From the IMG/VR virus record IMGVR_UViG_3300023181_000009, positions 1 through 53,656 of that record: a stretch of DNA of 53,656 nt. One strand, 5' to 3'. Numbering within the stretch: the first letter of the stretch is position 1; each line of letters opens with the position of its first letter. Position numbers and translations under genes: made by a program. The DNA is from a virus. Lineage: Duplodnaviria; Caudoviricetes. Below, in pieces: positions 18,486 to 30,073 of this stretch. The notes beneath the pieces were generated by a model that was given only the letters and a program-made list of their open reading frames with translations, was not told where the DNA came from and made no database searches.

Positions 18486-21400
18486 ATGGCACAAGACGGA
18501 ATAATTACCAGGCAGGAGTTAATTACAGATGCCGCGCTGTATTGGGGGGATGACTACGAGAAAAACATACAGAAAGCTATACAAGCTAATAACGACTTAA
18601 AGGCATCGGCTAAAGAGCTAAATGCCGTTGTTGCCGCATACCGTACAGATACATCAACAAATCAAAATCTAATAGAGAATAAGCGTAAAGAAAAGGCTGC
18701 TACAGATAGTATAATAGCCTCTTTACGTGAGCAAGATACAGTTATTGCAGGGCTTAAATCACAAATTGCAAGCCTAACAGCCGAACAAAGAATAAATAAT
18801 GAGGTTTCAAGGGAAAAGGCAAGGATAGCCAATGAAGCAAGACAAGCCATTGAAGCCGAAAAACTATCGCATTTAAGCAATACTAATGCGCTTAAAGAAG
18901 AAACTAACGCTGTAATATCTTCGGAAAAGGTTAAGCAGGAAAAAATTAAGACAGAAAAACTTGAAGCACAGCAAGCAGCACAAGTTGAACGTGCGACAAG
19001 ATCGCAAAAAGATGCTTATGGGGAAATGTCTGCTGAACTTAATAAATCGTTCAGGGCTACTGCAAGTGTTGCCGTTGAATTGTACCGGTTGAAAGAAGCC
19101 GGGAAAGCTAATACACCTGAATTTACAGACCTAACAAAACGCTTCGCTGAATTGAGAGGCGAAACACTTAAACTTGACACAGAATTAAAAAAAATAGATG
19201 CATCACTTGGAAGGAATCAGCGTAATGTTGGTAATTATAAATTTGATGCGTTAGGAAACTCAATACAACAGATATTAAGAGAAGCACCATCTGCGGCTGT
19301 ATCGCTTAACACATTCTTTCTTGCTATATCAAATAACTTACCCGCATTCTTTGATAGTTTAACCACTATAAAAAGTGAATTGTCTGAAATTAAAAAGGTA
19401 GCAGAAGAATATACAGCATCTGTTGCAACACAGACAGAAGCACAACAAGCAGCCGTACAAATATCAAATGATTTAGAAGAAAGTTTAGCTACACAAGTAG
19501 AATCTGTGATAGCAAGCATTGGCGCATCAAGAGAACAGGCAGCAGCAATACGTGAAGAAGTATTAGCCCATTTAGAAGAAATAGAAACAACTGGAATAGC
19601 TACAACTGAAACAGTAGCTAATACAGAAGCTACGTTATTAAATGCCGGTGCAACGGTAGAACAAGTTGCATCGATTCAAGGAGAAATAGCAGCCACAGGG
19701 CGTGCCAATATATCACGTGCTGCCGCAACCGCATCATTAACAGCAGAAACATTAGCAGCTACAGAAGCAAATGCCGCATTAGCTGCACAACCAAGCATAT
19801 TGGCACGTGTTGGATCTTCTTTGTTATCTGTAAACACATTCCTTACATTAGGTGTTGTAGGATTAACATTCTTTGGAGGTCAAATAATAGAATTACTTGG
19901 AACGTTAGGAGATTTTGACGAAGCTTTAACTGCCGTTGGAAGGGCGCAACAAAAACTATTAAATACATCTAATGATTCACAAAAAGACTTCCAAAAACAG
20001 GCAGACAGCTTAAAACAACTACAAGGCATAGCCAAAAACGATGCTCTAAGCACTGATGCACGTATGGAAGCTGTTAAAAAACTAAGGCAGCAGTATTTTT
20101 ACTATTATAAAGACTTATCCGATGCACAAATACTAAACAAGTCTTATAGTAAAAGTGAACAGGAATTGCTTAAAGCTATAGATGCACGTACAAAAGCATT
20201 ATCTAAGCAAAAAGAAGTTGACAATATAAAAGATAGGATAGTTGATATAAACGATGAAATAAAAGCACGTGAAGGCTTTGCCGCACCTTTAACTAAGCTA
20301 CGTACTGAATTATCTGAATTACAAAAAATTGATGGTGCTAACTTAAACCTTACTAAGGCGCAAGTTGATGCTAATATAGCTCGTAGAAAAGAAATAGGTT
20401 TAGAGATAAAAGAAATACTACGTCAACAAGGACAAAGGCAGCTATATAACGAAGAATTAGCCGATACAGATAAGAAGCAAAAGGCTATAAACGAAAGCTC
20501 TTTAAAACAGCTTAAAGACGAAGCTAATGGCTTGCAAAAATTAGTTAAGCCGGCACAAGAAGAGGTTAACCAATTACAGGCAGAATCTATATTACTTGAT
20601 GCTAAAGAAGTAAAAAGCAAAAAGGATAAATATAAAACCCTAAAAGACGAAGAAAACGCATTATCTGACTTAATTATATTCAGGTTAAATTTAGTGAGGG
20701 AGCAAAACGATGCTATTACTAACGATGAAAATAAAACTGATGAAGAACGTAATGATGCTGTATTAAGGTCTTCAAGGCTTCAATTATCTATAGCCGAAGA
20801 AGAAACAGTAAAAAAACTTCGTAATATTAGCCAGTATAATGATAAAGTAAGGGACTTGACCGATGAAGAAATAAGTATTTTATCAAAAGGAGGACAAATT
20901 AAAAGGGCGTTAAATAATCAGGAGTTGCTTGCTGTAGAGGAACTACAAAAAAAACGTGATGATATAAATAAAGACACCGAAAACAGATTAGATAACTTAT
21001 TAATCTCACAGTTTGAAAAACGCATACAAAGGCAGGATGAAGCAAACACAAAATTGCTTAATGCCGACCTTATGCGTGAAAATGAACGTTTCGCTAATGA
21101 AGAAGTAGGTTTTAAAGACCGTGAAGCAGCAGTAGAAGCACATGAGCGTAATATATTCGATATTAAGAAAGGTTATGCAATACGAGCATTAGAAACACAG
21201 GTAGCATCATTTAAAGAACTATTAGCGCGTACTGATCTGACCGACCAGGAGCGTTTAGATTATGCCGCTAAACTTTCTAATGCTGAAATAGCTTTATCTG
21301 ATGCTAAAACAAGTACTGATTTAAAAAACCTTGTTACTGTAAAAGATGCTAATGTAGCAGCAGCACAATTTATACTTGAAACCTCAAAAAACCTATCAGA

Positions 21401-22178
21401 TGAATTAGGTAACTTAGCAAACACTTTATTTGAAAGGCGTATTAGTAAAATAGACGAAGAATTATCTGATTTACAAGATTATTACAGCAGACAAACGGAG
21501 TTAGCGGGGGATGATGAAGAAAAAAAGAAACTAATAGAAGAAGAAAGTGCAAAAAGAACAGCAGCCCTTGAAAGGAAAAAACGTGAAGAACAACGCAAGC
21601 AAGCTATATTCAACAAAGCCTTTAACGTTGCGCAAGTTTTACAACAAACGGCATTGGCTGTAATATCTACATTAGCACAAGTGCCTAAATTTGACTTTGC
21701 CATTAGTGCTACAACGTTAGCAGCCATTGCGGCCGGTGTTGGTGCTGTTCAATTAGCTAACGTATTAGCTACTCCTATACCTAAATATAAACATGGTAGG
21801 AGAGGCGGTATTGAAGAAATGGCTATAGTAGGGGATGGTGGTGTACAGGAAATTATAGAAGGTAAAGACGGTAAAATACGTGTCACTCCTAATGTACCTA
21901 CACTTACTTTATTGAAACAAGGGGATAGTGTACACAGCAGTAAGCAGGCATATCGTGACTATATGACCAAAAACATGTTCTATAATCTTAAAAACGATAA
22001 TAGGCGCATTCAAGGTTATAATGAAAGTCAACAACCAGTTAATAATGACCAGTTAAAAAGGGATATTAAAAATTCAATTGAAACAGGATTCAAAAAAGCA
22101 CGAATTATTAATCAAATCAAAACCAAAAACATTGATATAAATCACGAACTTTGGAAAATGAATAATAAACATTGGTAA
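18486..22178 (+). CDS. Tail tape measure protein
   Basis: 1230 aa coiled coil; LGRNQRNVGNY motif; hydrophobic segments; ATPIPKYKHG near the C-terminus. Confidence 0.85.
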   Translation: MAQDGIITRQELITDAALYWGDDYEKNIQKAIQANNDLKASAKELNAVVAAYRTDTSTNQNLIENKRKEKAATDSIIASLREQDTVIAGLKSQIASLTAEQRINNEVSREKARIANEARQAIEAEKLSHLSNTNALKEETNAVISSEKVKQEKIKTEKLEAQQAAQVERATRSQKDAYGEMSAELNKSFRATASVAVELYRLKEAGKANTPEFTDLTKRFAELRGETLKLDTELKKIDASLGRNQRNVGNYKFDALGNSIQQILREAPSAAVSLNTFFLAISNNLPAFFDSLTTIKSELSEIKKVAEEYTASVATQTEAQQAAVQISNDLEESLATQVESVIASIGASREQAAAIREEVLAHLEEIETTGIATTETVANTEATLLNAGATVEQVASIQGEIAATGRANISRAAATASLTAETLAATEANAALAAQPSILARVGSSLLSVNTFLTLGVVGLTFFGGQIIELLGTLGDFDEALTAVGRAQQKLLNTSNDSQKDFQKQADSLKQLQGIAKNDALSTDARMEAVKKLRQQYFYYYKDLSDAQILNKSYSKSEQELLKAIDARTKALSKQKEVDNIKDRIVDINDEIKAREGFAAPLTKLRTELSELQKIDGANLNLTKAQVDANIARRKEIGLEIKEILRQQGQRQLYNEELADTDKKQKAINESSLKQLKDEANGLQKLVKPAQEEVNQLQAESILLDAKEVKSKKDKYKTLKDEENALSDLIIFRLNLVREQNDAITNDENKTDEERNDAVLRSSRLQLSIAEEETVKKLRNISQYNDKVRDLTDEEISILSKGGQIKRALNNQELLAVEELQKKRDDINKDTENRLDNLLISQFEKRIQRQDEANTKLLNADLMRENERFANEEVGFKDREAAVEAHERNIFDIKKGYAIRALETQVASFKELLARTDLTDQERLDYAAKLSNAEIALSDAKTSTDLKNLVTVKDANVAAAQFILETSKNLSDELGNLANTLFERRISKIDEELSDLQDYYSRQTELAGDDEEKKKLIEEESAKRTAALERKKREEQRKQAIFNKAFNVAQVLQQTALAVISTLAQVPKFDFAISATTLAAIAAGVGAVQLANVLATPIPKYKHGRRGGIEEMAIVGDGGVQEIIEGKDGKIRVTPNVPTLTLLKQGDSVHSSKQAYRDYMTKNMFYNLKNDNRRIQGYNESQQPVNNDQLKRDIKNSIETGFKKARIINQIKTKNIDINHELWKMNNKHW

Positions 22179-24458
22179 ATGAGTGCTAACCCTGCATTTA
22201 AAGATAGAGTACGCTATACCCTTTTTAATGAACAAATGGGGTCTATAGTTGTACAAGAACCAGAAGGATGGGAAACAGACGATAAAGAGCTTACAAGACA
22301 TGAACAATATCATGGCATATTTCCTAAATTCTCTAATGCTTTGAAGTTTCATGATGACGGTGCTGATTATATTAAATTAGTTTATGATGTTCAGGGTATA
22401 GAAGCAGATATTAGATTGACAAAACAAACTGCCAATCCTCAAACTGATATAATGGAGTTAGCGTACTATGGTAACTTAGATTTAACTACGTATGAAATAG
22501 ATAAAAAAGTGGTTTCAGTCAAATTTAACAATGCCGGATTTGAAACTATATTAAAAGCAAGGGAAAGTGAAAAAGTAGAAGTTACAAGGTTAACAACTAT
22601 GGATGGTGCTGCTATTGATCCATTAAGAATAGATACAGTACAGTTAAACGGTCGTAATATACTTTTAGATTCAAGATGGAAAACTGATTCAGGTAGGTTT
22701 GGTAATACAGTAGCTGCACAAGTTTATATTGCTGCGGGTTCAAGTTCAGGAGGTACAGATAGAGAACAAGTAGTTGGTGTCCCTATAAAGTTAGTAGTAG
22801 AAAGCCATGAAAACGCACAATCTATAAGTGACCAAACAGTAACGGGACCTAATCAAGGAACTACAGGAATAATGTTTTTTGCTAATAGCGATAGGGATAG
22901 ACGGTTTAAACTAAAACTTGACATGTCTTTCCTTACTAATGTTTATCAAAAAGACGATACAGAAAACGAATACTATATATTATACATCACAAAGTACAGT
23001 AACGGTACAGATTATAATGTTGCACAAAGATATAATCTATTTGATACTACTAATCTTGGAGGTATAGGTGTACTTGGTGGTACAGCATTAGGAACACCAC
23101 CAGGGGTTTGGAACGTAAATTATGAAAACGACTTTGAGTTGCTTCAAGGTCAAAGCTTATCATTACAGTTTTTTGTTCATGCTAACTTAGGTGGTACTTT
23201 GAGCGACGGTAGTTTAGGGATTAATGCTTTTGGGATAAATGCTAATATGAGTATTGTTGAAGATAGTTATGCTGAACCTTCACAGTCTAAATTTATCCTT
23301 GCTTTTGAGTTAGCCAATAGGCTTGTGCAAATAATGACAGGTCGTAACAGGTCTTTTAAATCAAGTATATTCGGAAGAACTGATATAGGATACACCGAGG
23401 ATGGCAGGGCTTCATTAAATGGTTATAGTCATGGTTTTTGGATTAGGAATTTTGATTCATTACCTATATCAACTGCAAATGAAATAAACCCTTTTAAGCC
23501 ACTTACAACGTCTTTTAAGGAATTCATTTCAAGTAATGAAGCTATTTGGAATATAGGTTTAGGAATAGAGCAAAATGGGTACAGTGAAACAATAGTTATA
23601 GAAGATAAAAGATACTTTTATGATAACAATGTTAGGATAAGATTGCCTAATCAGGTAAGCGACGTAAAACGTTCTGTTGCGCCTAACTATTATTATAGCG
23701 GCGTGGATATAGGATATGCTAAAGGAGGCGATTACGAAGAAGCTATGGGGCTTGACGAATACAATGCACGTTCTACATTTACAACGTTCATTAAAAGGCT
23801 TAAAAACACGTATAGCGAGATTTCAGATTACCGTGCTGACAGTTACGGTAAAGAGTTTGCTAGGCGTAAACCCTATAATTTATTCCCAACAGAAGATTCA
23901 AGCTATGATAACGATATATTTATACAGGATTTAAAAAGAAATGAGTTTGATAATGGGACAAATACCGAACCCCAATATATATTTGAGGAGAGGAAATGGC
24001 AAGATGACTTTGAACAATCCCCTATAGGCGTTTATAGCCCTGAAACAGCCACAAATTTAAGGTTTTCCCCTTTTAATATGTTGTTAAGGCATGGCTGGGT
24101 TATCGGTTCAGGTCTTAAAAAATACGCAAATGAGTTTTTAAGATACGCAAGCAGTACGGCAAATAGCGGATTGATAACTAAATTAATAGGTGGCGTTGAA
24201 AGGGCGGAAAATGGTAATATACAAAACAGTGAATTAGAAAGATCACGGTATTTACCTGAGACAATAGAGTTTATACATCCAATAACACCTGAATTAATGA
24301 GGCAAATAGAAGGTTATACAATAGTTGATAATAAGCGAAAGCCTAATATTTATGGACTTATTGAATTTATAGACGAAAACAACGATATACAAAAGGGTTA
24401 TTTACTAAATTTGAAGCCAAATGATGGTAAGTTTAAATTGCTTATAGCTAACAGGTAA
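22179..24458 (+). CDS. Distal tail/baseplate protein
   Basis: Directly after the tape measure gene; EPEGW motif near the N-terminus. Confidence 0.65.
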   Translation: MSANPAFKDRVRYTLFNEQMGSIVVQEPEGWETDDKELTRHEQYHGIFPKFSNALKFHDDGADYIKLVYDVQGIEADIRLTKQTANPQTDIMELAYYGNLDLTTYEIDKKVVSVKFNNAGFETILKARESEKVEVTRLTTMDGAAIDPLRIDTVQLNGRNILLDSRWKTDSGRFGNTVAAQVYIAAGSSSGGTDREQVVGVPIKLVVESHENAQSISDQTVTGPNQGTTGIMFFANSDRDRRFKLKLDMSFLTNVYQKDDTENEYYILYITKYSNGTDYNVAQRYNLFDTTNLGGIGVLGGTALGTPPGVWNVNYENDFELLQGQSLSLQFFVHANLGGTLSDGSLGINAFGINANMSIVEDSYAEPSQSKFILAFELANRLVQIMTGRNRSFKSSIFGRTDIGYTEDGRASLNGYSHGFWIRNFDSLPISTANEINPFKPLTTSFKEFISSNEAIWNIGLGIEQNGYSETIVIEDKRYFYDNNVRIRLPNQVSDVKRSVAPNYYYSGVDIGYAKGGDYEEAMGLDEYNARSTFTTFIKRLKNTYSEISDYRADSYGKEFARRKPYNLFPTEDSSYDNDIFIQDLKRNEFDNGTNTEPQYIFEERKWQDDFEQSPIGVYSPETATNLRFSPFNMLLRHGWVIGSGLKKYANEFLRYASSTANSGLITKLIGGVERAENGNIQNSELERSRYLPETIEFIHPITPELMRQIEGYTIVDNKRKPNIYGLIEFIDENNDIQKGYLLNLKPNDGKFKLLIANR

Positions 24459-24462
24459 TCAC

Positions 24463-26478
24463 ATGATAAATCAAGTAGTAATAACATTCAATGAAGATGT
24501 ACCTGTAAATGGCTCTATACGTGTTTTAATAGGCGATAACGGTACATTCTTTCATTTAGGCAGAGTAGTTAGGGATGGCAGGAATACATTTACTGCAACA
24601 AGCCCTATTAGCACAGGACAAAATACTGCACGTAACTATGCTACAGCATTCCAGTTAGATTTATCAAATGCTGATGGATATAGAGTAACATTTGAAGATA
24701 ATAGCGTAACCATAACGACTCTTTATGATTTTATAGAATTTACAGGAGTCCAATGTTTAAAATTAGAGGGAAATCCTAATGTATTAACTGATTATGATGT
24801 TCAGTTTAATACTATAGTATTTACACCGCCTTTTGCATTTACAAGTCTAACATATACTATTCAAAACGAAAACCCTTGTGATTACGTCAGATTTAATATA
24901 GTTACTAATCAGAATATGTCGCAAATAAGTTCCCCTATATCTATAGGAGGACTCAATACACCTACTTACAATATAGACTTACTTAGGGGTACAACTGGGC
25001 TTGTTAGGGTAACAAATAGAGAAGTACCCTCAGTAACTATAAGTCAAAGCTACAGAACGCCTGATTTATTAAACCCTGCTAATTTCAATGTACAGGTTAA
25101 TAATAGTCCTAATGGCGCAACCTTGATAGTAAATTATCAAGAACCTTATGGATTAACATTACAGTTTAGTTTAAATGGAATAAATTATCAATCTGAAAAT
25201 ACTTTTGTTGGTATTGCGCCAGGTAGCTACACATTATATATAAAAGATCAATTCGGCTGTGTAAAAACATTAACATTTACAGTTGATGAAATACAAAGCA
25301 GTAGATTGCCTTTTTTTTATATATCTAAAAGTAACAGCATAAGGTTCGCTAACAGGATAAACTTTAGTGATGCAGGTAATTATCGTAATGATGAAAATAC
25401 TTTAAGCTGTGAAGTAAACGTTAGGTTACCTTATAAAGAAATACAACAGTTTCAAACGGCTGATATAATTACAACACAATTCAAGTCAAACTATAATGAA
25501 AACCTTGCGTATGTTATTTTAAGCGATGGTACTGAAATACAAATACCTGTATTCCTAAAATCAAATAACATAGGAGTAACAGACAGCAGGGATGCAATTA
25601 AGGTTAACTTAGGCGATAATAAGACTGGAATATACTTTCAGTCTGGAAATATTTATGATTACGGCACAGGTGCTGTAATTGAGCCTTACTCCCTTAACGG
25701 TACATTACCCCAATGGGCATCTTTTGGAAACTACTTTCAAGTAGATGGCGCTTGGTATTTAATAGATAACATTATTTATGACGAGACTTTTCAAGCCGAT
25801 GTAATAGTAATTAATTCACAATACACAGGCGCGCCTATGAATGTTATTGCCGGTGCTGTTTATGACTTATTTAATTATGAAGTTTACGAGTTTACTATAG
25901 ATATGGTAAACTACCAAAACCAAAACATAACAGTCAGGATTAACAATAATGATACAACATTTGGAAACTTAACCCATATAAGCGAGAGAATAAACGTTCA
26001 GGTTAGGCAATTGGGGACTGTTGAGATAAGGTATTCAAACCCTGATAACACAGATATATTTTACAGCACAGGCATTACTAATATAATAAGATTACCTATA
26101 GATAGGGTTTCTGCTGTTTCTAATCAGGATATAGAAACCTATAATACAGATACATCAGTAGTTTTGCTTAACTCTGATGTTTACGAAATGGATAAGTTTA
26201 CTTTTTTGCCCGTAACAAAAGAGATAATGCGTAAATTAGTACAGGCCTTAAGCCATAAAACATTGCAAATTGATGGAGTTTATTATGTTAGTAATGCACC
26301 CGCTGATTTTGATGTTGCATTAGGCGAAACAAACCTTTATGTAGTGAGTGCTAATCTTGTTAAAACAGGCGGTGTGTTCTCTTCTAATTCAGGAAGTATA
26401 AATGATATAACAGATAGTACAAACGTTGAGATACCAGGTCTGCTTGACATAGGTAATGGAGGTTTTGTAGAATATTAA
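24463..26478 (+). CDS. Tail tip/structural protein with an Ig-like segment
   Basis: FSLNGINYQSENTFVGIAPGSYTLYIKDQFGC resembles a SprB/Ig-like repeat. Confidence 0.65.
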   Translation: MINQVVITFNEDVPVNGSIRVLIGDNGTFFHLGRVVRDGRNTFTATSPISTGQNTARNYATAFQLDLSNADGYRVTFEDNSVTITTLYDFIEFTGVQCLKLEGNPNVLTDYDVQFNTIVFTPPFAFTSLTYTIQNENPCDYVRFNIVTNQNMSQISSPISIGGLNTPTYNIDLLRGTTGLVRVTNREVPSVTISQSYRTPDLLNPANFNVQVNNSPNGATLIVNYQEPYGLTLQFSLNGINYQSENTFVGIAPGSYTLYIKDQFGCVKTLTFTVDEIQSSRLPFFYISKSNSIRFANRINFSDAGNYRNDENTLSCEVNVRLPYKEIQQFQTADIITTQFKSNYNENLAYVILSDGTEIQIPVFLKSNNIGVTDSRDAIKVNLGDNKTGIYFQSGNIYDYGTGAVIEPYSLNGTLPQWASFGNYFQVDGAWYLIDNIIYDETFQADVIVINSQYTGAPMNVIAGAVYDLFNYEVYEFTIDMVNYQNQNITVRINNNDTTFGNLTHISERINVQVRQLGTVEIRYSNPDNTDIFYSTGITNIIRLPIDRVSAVSNQDIETYNTDTSVVLLNSDVYEMDKFTFLPVTKEIMRKLVQALSHKTLQIDGVYYVSNAPADFDVALGETNLYVVSANLVKTGGVFSSNSGSINDITDSTNVEIPGLLDIGNGGFVEY

Positions 26479-26493
26479 TAAACAAGTTAAATA

Positions 26494-29400
26494 ATGAGCC
26501 AATACACACAAATATTGCAGTTCTTAAATAGGTTAAATACAGCTTTTAACCTTATAGTTTCAAATAGTAAAAGAATAGATGAACTTCCTGCGTATGTTTC
26601 AGGAACTAAATTAGCAGCTATATGGAATCCAAACACGCAAAGAACAGAACGAGTTGAGTTAAATGACAATGATGGCATTCCCTACTCTCCTATGGGTACT
26701 ACAAGAAGCTTTTATGTAGAAAGTGATGTAAATGTAACAGAAACAACAGTAAGAAGTTTACTAAATGCAGGAACACCTACAGGAAATTATCCTATATCTA
26801 TTTCTTCATCTGAAACACCTGTTTATATTGTTATAAATAAGACTACCGAAACCAATACTTTAAGATATGTTTTTGGATTTTCGAGGGGTGCAGGTTCATG
26901 GGGTTTTGGTGGAACAACGATACCATTATTCTCATTTACGCAATTAAGCGCGCCTTATTACTTAACTATTGACGATATAACTAACGACCCTAACACTCAA
27001 ACAATAGATTTAGGTTCATTACCAACGGGAGATTATGTAACGGCTGCTAATAGCGAGTCTCGTGATTTATCAAACGAGGACTTAGTTTACTATTTTAGTT
27101 ACACACAAGATGGTGTTTTGTATTTAGTTCAATTCATCGGAGACAACGGCATTTACGGAAGTTCAGGCACGCAATTAGTATTAGGAGATTTTGCGGCTGC
27201 TACAAACAGTAATGTAACACCTGAACAGGACTTACAAGATGTAACTACTGTAGGTAATACCACAAATAAGGATATAATACATACCGATGAGTCAGGTACG
27301 ACTTATAAAAATGGTGCTGGGGATAAGCAGGCTTTTTTTAGATATGTTGACGAATTTAATTTAGAAATTTCAGACCCTACATTTAAAGTTATTAATGGTT
27401 CTGATTCAAGATATGTGCCTCTTAACATAGGAGGTGTTGAAGCTGACGAAAACGGGTTTGTTGATATTTCAGAAGGATTAAGTGGTCAGTTTATACCTTT
27501 GCCGGGAACTACAGAGGGTAATCCTGTTGCAGGGGATATAGAAGTTGCAGACGGTATTAAAATATTCACTACCGATGGTGTTTTTAGGATAGGAGGAGAA
27601 ACACAGGGATTGCAATTTTCAAGTGATGGCGTTAATAATTCTGCAATATTATCTTACCCCCCTACTTCAAAAGGTTTTACTGGAGCATCAGAATTTACAA
27701 ACGATGGCTCGGATAGAAAACAATTTCCTCAAAATGGTTGGGTTTTAGATAATATTGCAGGACGTGAAGAAATAACAAACGATTTGTTTATATCATGCAT
27801 GTTATACAAATACATAGAGTCTCCAAGCACCTATGATGGTAGAAGTATGTACTACATATACAAAGGAGAAGAAAAGTATTTTGATATTACACCTTATGTT
27901 CCTGATAGGTCAGTGTTTCCGAGATTGCTTTGTCATGCTGTTTTTATAGATGGTAACAACATTATAATACAAGGTTCTACTGGCTATAATTCAGCAGACC
28001 ATAATGATATGTTTATTCTTGTTTTTGAAGATTGCTATACTTTAAACGGAGAATTAAAATCAAGTAGTTATAAGTATAAAACATTTGTTGATTTTCTTAA
28101 TAGAGATTCATCGGGACTAATGTATGATGTACATGGTATTACATTATTTGATGGTTATCTTTACGGAAATACAAGAATACAGCAAGCAGGTATAACAGCC
28201 GGAGCAAGAACACAGGTATTTAAAATAAATCCTTATGATTTAGAAGATGCCACCGTAATAACATTAAATGATTATCAAGGTAGCGCAGGAGAAATACAAG
28301 TCACAAAAGATGGTGTTTTTTCAGTAGTTGTAAGAAGCGCAACTCTTGGAGGCTATATAATAAGAACTGATTTAAATTTAAATAATGTCACTAATTTAGC
28401 CGATATAGGCACTACAATAACCAAAAGAGTTTTAAGGAGTGTTCCTTTTGTAATAAGTAAAGGAGAGTTATATTTACCTACATACGACAATACATCTTCA
28501 TCTACATATCCAAGATTTCTAAAGGTTTCCGTATATAATACATTATCAGGGAAATTAGTTAGAGAATCTGAAACCTTAACAATATCTCCAGGTACTGAAA
28601 TAAACGATTTGTATTGGCATTGGGCTAATATATATCAGGGAAAACTAATAATGCATGCTTGTATCGGTAATAATGAAAATAGGTATATAGTTAGAATAGA
28701 TACAGCTACACTAACACTTGAAGAAAGTAGACCTGTATCGTTCTTTTCAGGGTCAAACAGTACCATATTTACGAACGATAACAGTATAATGCCGGATGGT
28801 TACATCTATTTTAATGAAGAATTGAATGCTGTTACAGGTAAATTATATAGAGTTAAATATAACGATTTTTCTGATTTTACAGCCATAACCCCTATCGGTA
28901 ACGGGGGTTATTATTATTCAGGAGGTTCTACAGACACAAGGTTTGGAAAAGATTATCAAAGCAAATCATTACAAAAGGTATTAGAATCTACTACACCCAA
29001 TTTAACCGCGCCTACATCTACAGGAACTTTAACTACAGGGGTAAGGGTTAATAGCGTTACATATACTACAGGTACAGATGGCATTGCTGATTTAGGCACT
29101 ATTGGTGGTACATCTACGGTTTACCCTAAAATACTTATATGTGATGTTACACCCGCAACCGTTCAGGGTTCAGTATCGGGAAGTACCGAAACTATATTTA
29201 GATTAGAACCGATACCAGCAAATACACTTAGCGCGGGGGTTTTATCCGTAAACTTTACTTTTAGTAATGTAGGTGTTGCAGGAACTAAACCTATTAAATG
29301 CTATTTAAGCAACTCTTCATCAATGGTTTCTTCTAATGTATACGCTATTTTAACACCAAGTGCAACTGGGAGATTTAATAGGATTACAAGAGATTTAATT

Positions 29401-29604
29401 ATATCTTCATCGGGCTTAGTTACGGGCGCAGCAAACGGAGCAAGTTTGCCGACTGACCAAATAATAAATGGAGGGGCTAAAAGAGCTGCTACAACACTTG
29501 ATTTTACACAAACTATATATGTTTACGCTACAGTAGCACTAACAAGTACTGCCGACGATATGACACAGGAAGCCGTAGAAGTATTATTTATAAAAGCTCA
29601 ATAA
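26494..29604 (+). CDS. Tail fibre/receptor-binding protein
   Basis: 1036 aa, Thr/Gly/Ser-rich; LQDVTTVGNTT motif; central beta-propeller-like block. Confidence 0.7.
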   Translation: MSQYTQILQFLNRLNTAFNLIVSNSKRIDELPAYVSGTKLAAIWNPNTQRTERVELNDNDGIPYSPMGTTRSFYVESDVNVTETTVRSLLNAGTPTGNYPISISSSETPVYIVINKTTETNTLRYVFGFSRGAGSWGFGGTTIPLFSFTQLSAPYYLTIDDITNDPNTQTIDLGSLPTGDYVTAANSESRDLSNEDLVYYFSYTQDGVLYLVQFIGDNGIYGSSGTQLVLGDFAAATNSNVTPEQDLQDVTTVGNTTNKDIIHTDESGTTYKNGAGDKQAFFRYVDEFNLEISDPTFKVINGSDSRYVPLNIGGVEADENGFVDISEGLSGQFIPLPGTTEGNPVAGDIEVADGIKIFTTDGVFRIGGETQGLQFSSDGVNNSAILSYPPTSKGFTGASEFTNDGSDRKQFPQNGWVLDNIAGREEITNDLFISCMLYKYIESPSTYDGRSMYYIYKGEEKYFDITPYVPDRSVFPRLLCHAVFIDGNNIIIQGSTGYNSADHNDMFILVFEDCYTLNGELKSSSYKYKTFVDFLNRDSSGLMYDVHGITLFDGYLYGNTRIQQAGITAGARTQVFKINPYDLEDATVITLNDYQGSAGEIQVTKDGVFSVVVRSATLGGYIIRTDLNLNNVTNLADIGTTITKRVLRSVPFVISKGELYLPTYDNTSSSTYPRFLKVSVYNTLSGKLVRESETLTISPGTEINDLYWHWANIYQGKLIMHACIGNNENRYIVRIDTATLTLEESRPVSFFSGSNSTIFTNDNSIMPDGYIYFNEELNAVTGKLYRVKYNDFSDFTAITPIGNGGYYYSGGSTDTRFGKDYQSKSLQKVLESTTPNLTAPTSTGTLTTGVRVNSVTYTTGTDGIADLGTIGGTSTVYPKILICDVTPATVQGSVSGSTETIFRLEPIPANTLSAGVLSVNFTFSNVGVAGTKPIKCYLSNSSSMVSSNVYAILTPSATGRFNRITRDLIISSSGLVTGAANGASLPTDQIINGGAKRAATTLDFTQTIYVYATVALTSTADDMTQEAVEVLFIKAQ

Positions 29605-29606
29605 TT

Positions 29607-30071
29607 ATGAAAAAAATCGCCTTACTCGTATTTTTATTAACAGCCTCTATGCAGGCTCAACAATTCAACATTTACGATTGTACAACATTCGTTTATGTCG
29701 GATATTCAACTATTCAGCCCACATCGGGATGCTACACAACAGTTATTCCTCAGATGTTATACTGTTACCCTAAATTTAACATTACTACACAACAATGGTA
29801 TGAATCGGGGAACACATTACAGCTTGAAGATTGCTACACTTTAAGAGATTTGGCATCTATGGTATATAATGCGGAATCATTGGTTAACAATCAATTTACT
29901 GTATTGAAAACAGATTCACAATTGAATTATTATTACGGGGATATACAGCCTCCTTTTCAGTTGTTTTGTCCAAATACTCCTTGGCCAGGACAGCCTACAT
30001 GGTCAGTAACATACATAAAAATGTCACCTACTAAATGGAGACGTTCATTTTCAACCGATAATCAACCATAA
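29607..30071 (+). CDS. Signal-peptide protein resembling a tail-fibre assembly chaperone
   Basis: MKKIALLVFLLTASMQA/Q; YD.....VG....P....TT..P....PKF.....W.E pattern. Confidence 0.6.
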   Translation: MKKIALLVFLLTASMQAQQFNIYDCTTFVYVGYSTIQPTSGCYTTVIPQMLYCYPKFNITTQQWYESGNTLQLEDCYTLRDLASMVYNAESLVNNQFTVLKTDSQLNYYYGDIQPPFQLFCPNTPWPGQPTWSVTYIKMSPTKWRRSFSTDNQP

Positions 30072-30073
30072 TC

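Noticed and set aside
18662-22352. Antisense ORFs within the tape measure gene, and similar shadow ORFs elsewhere in the track
   Set aside because: They lie fully opposite well-supported genes, with no motifs or promoters
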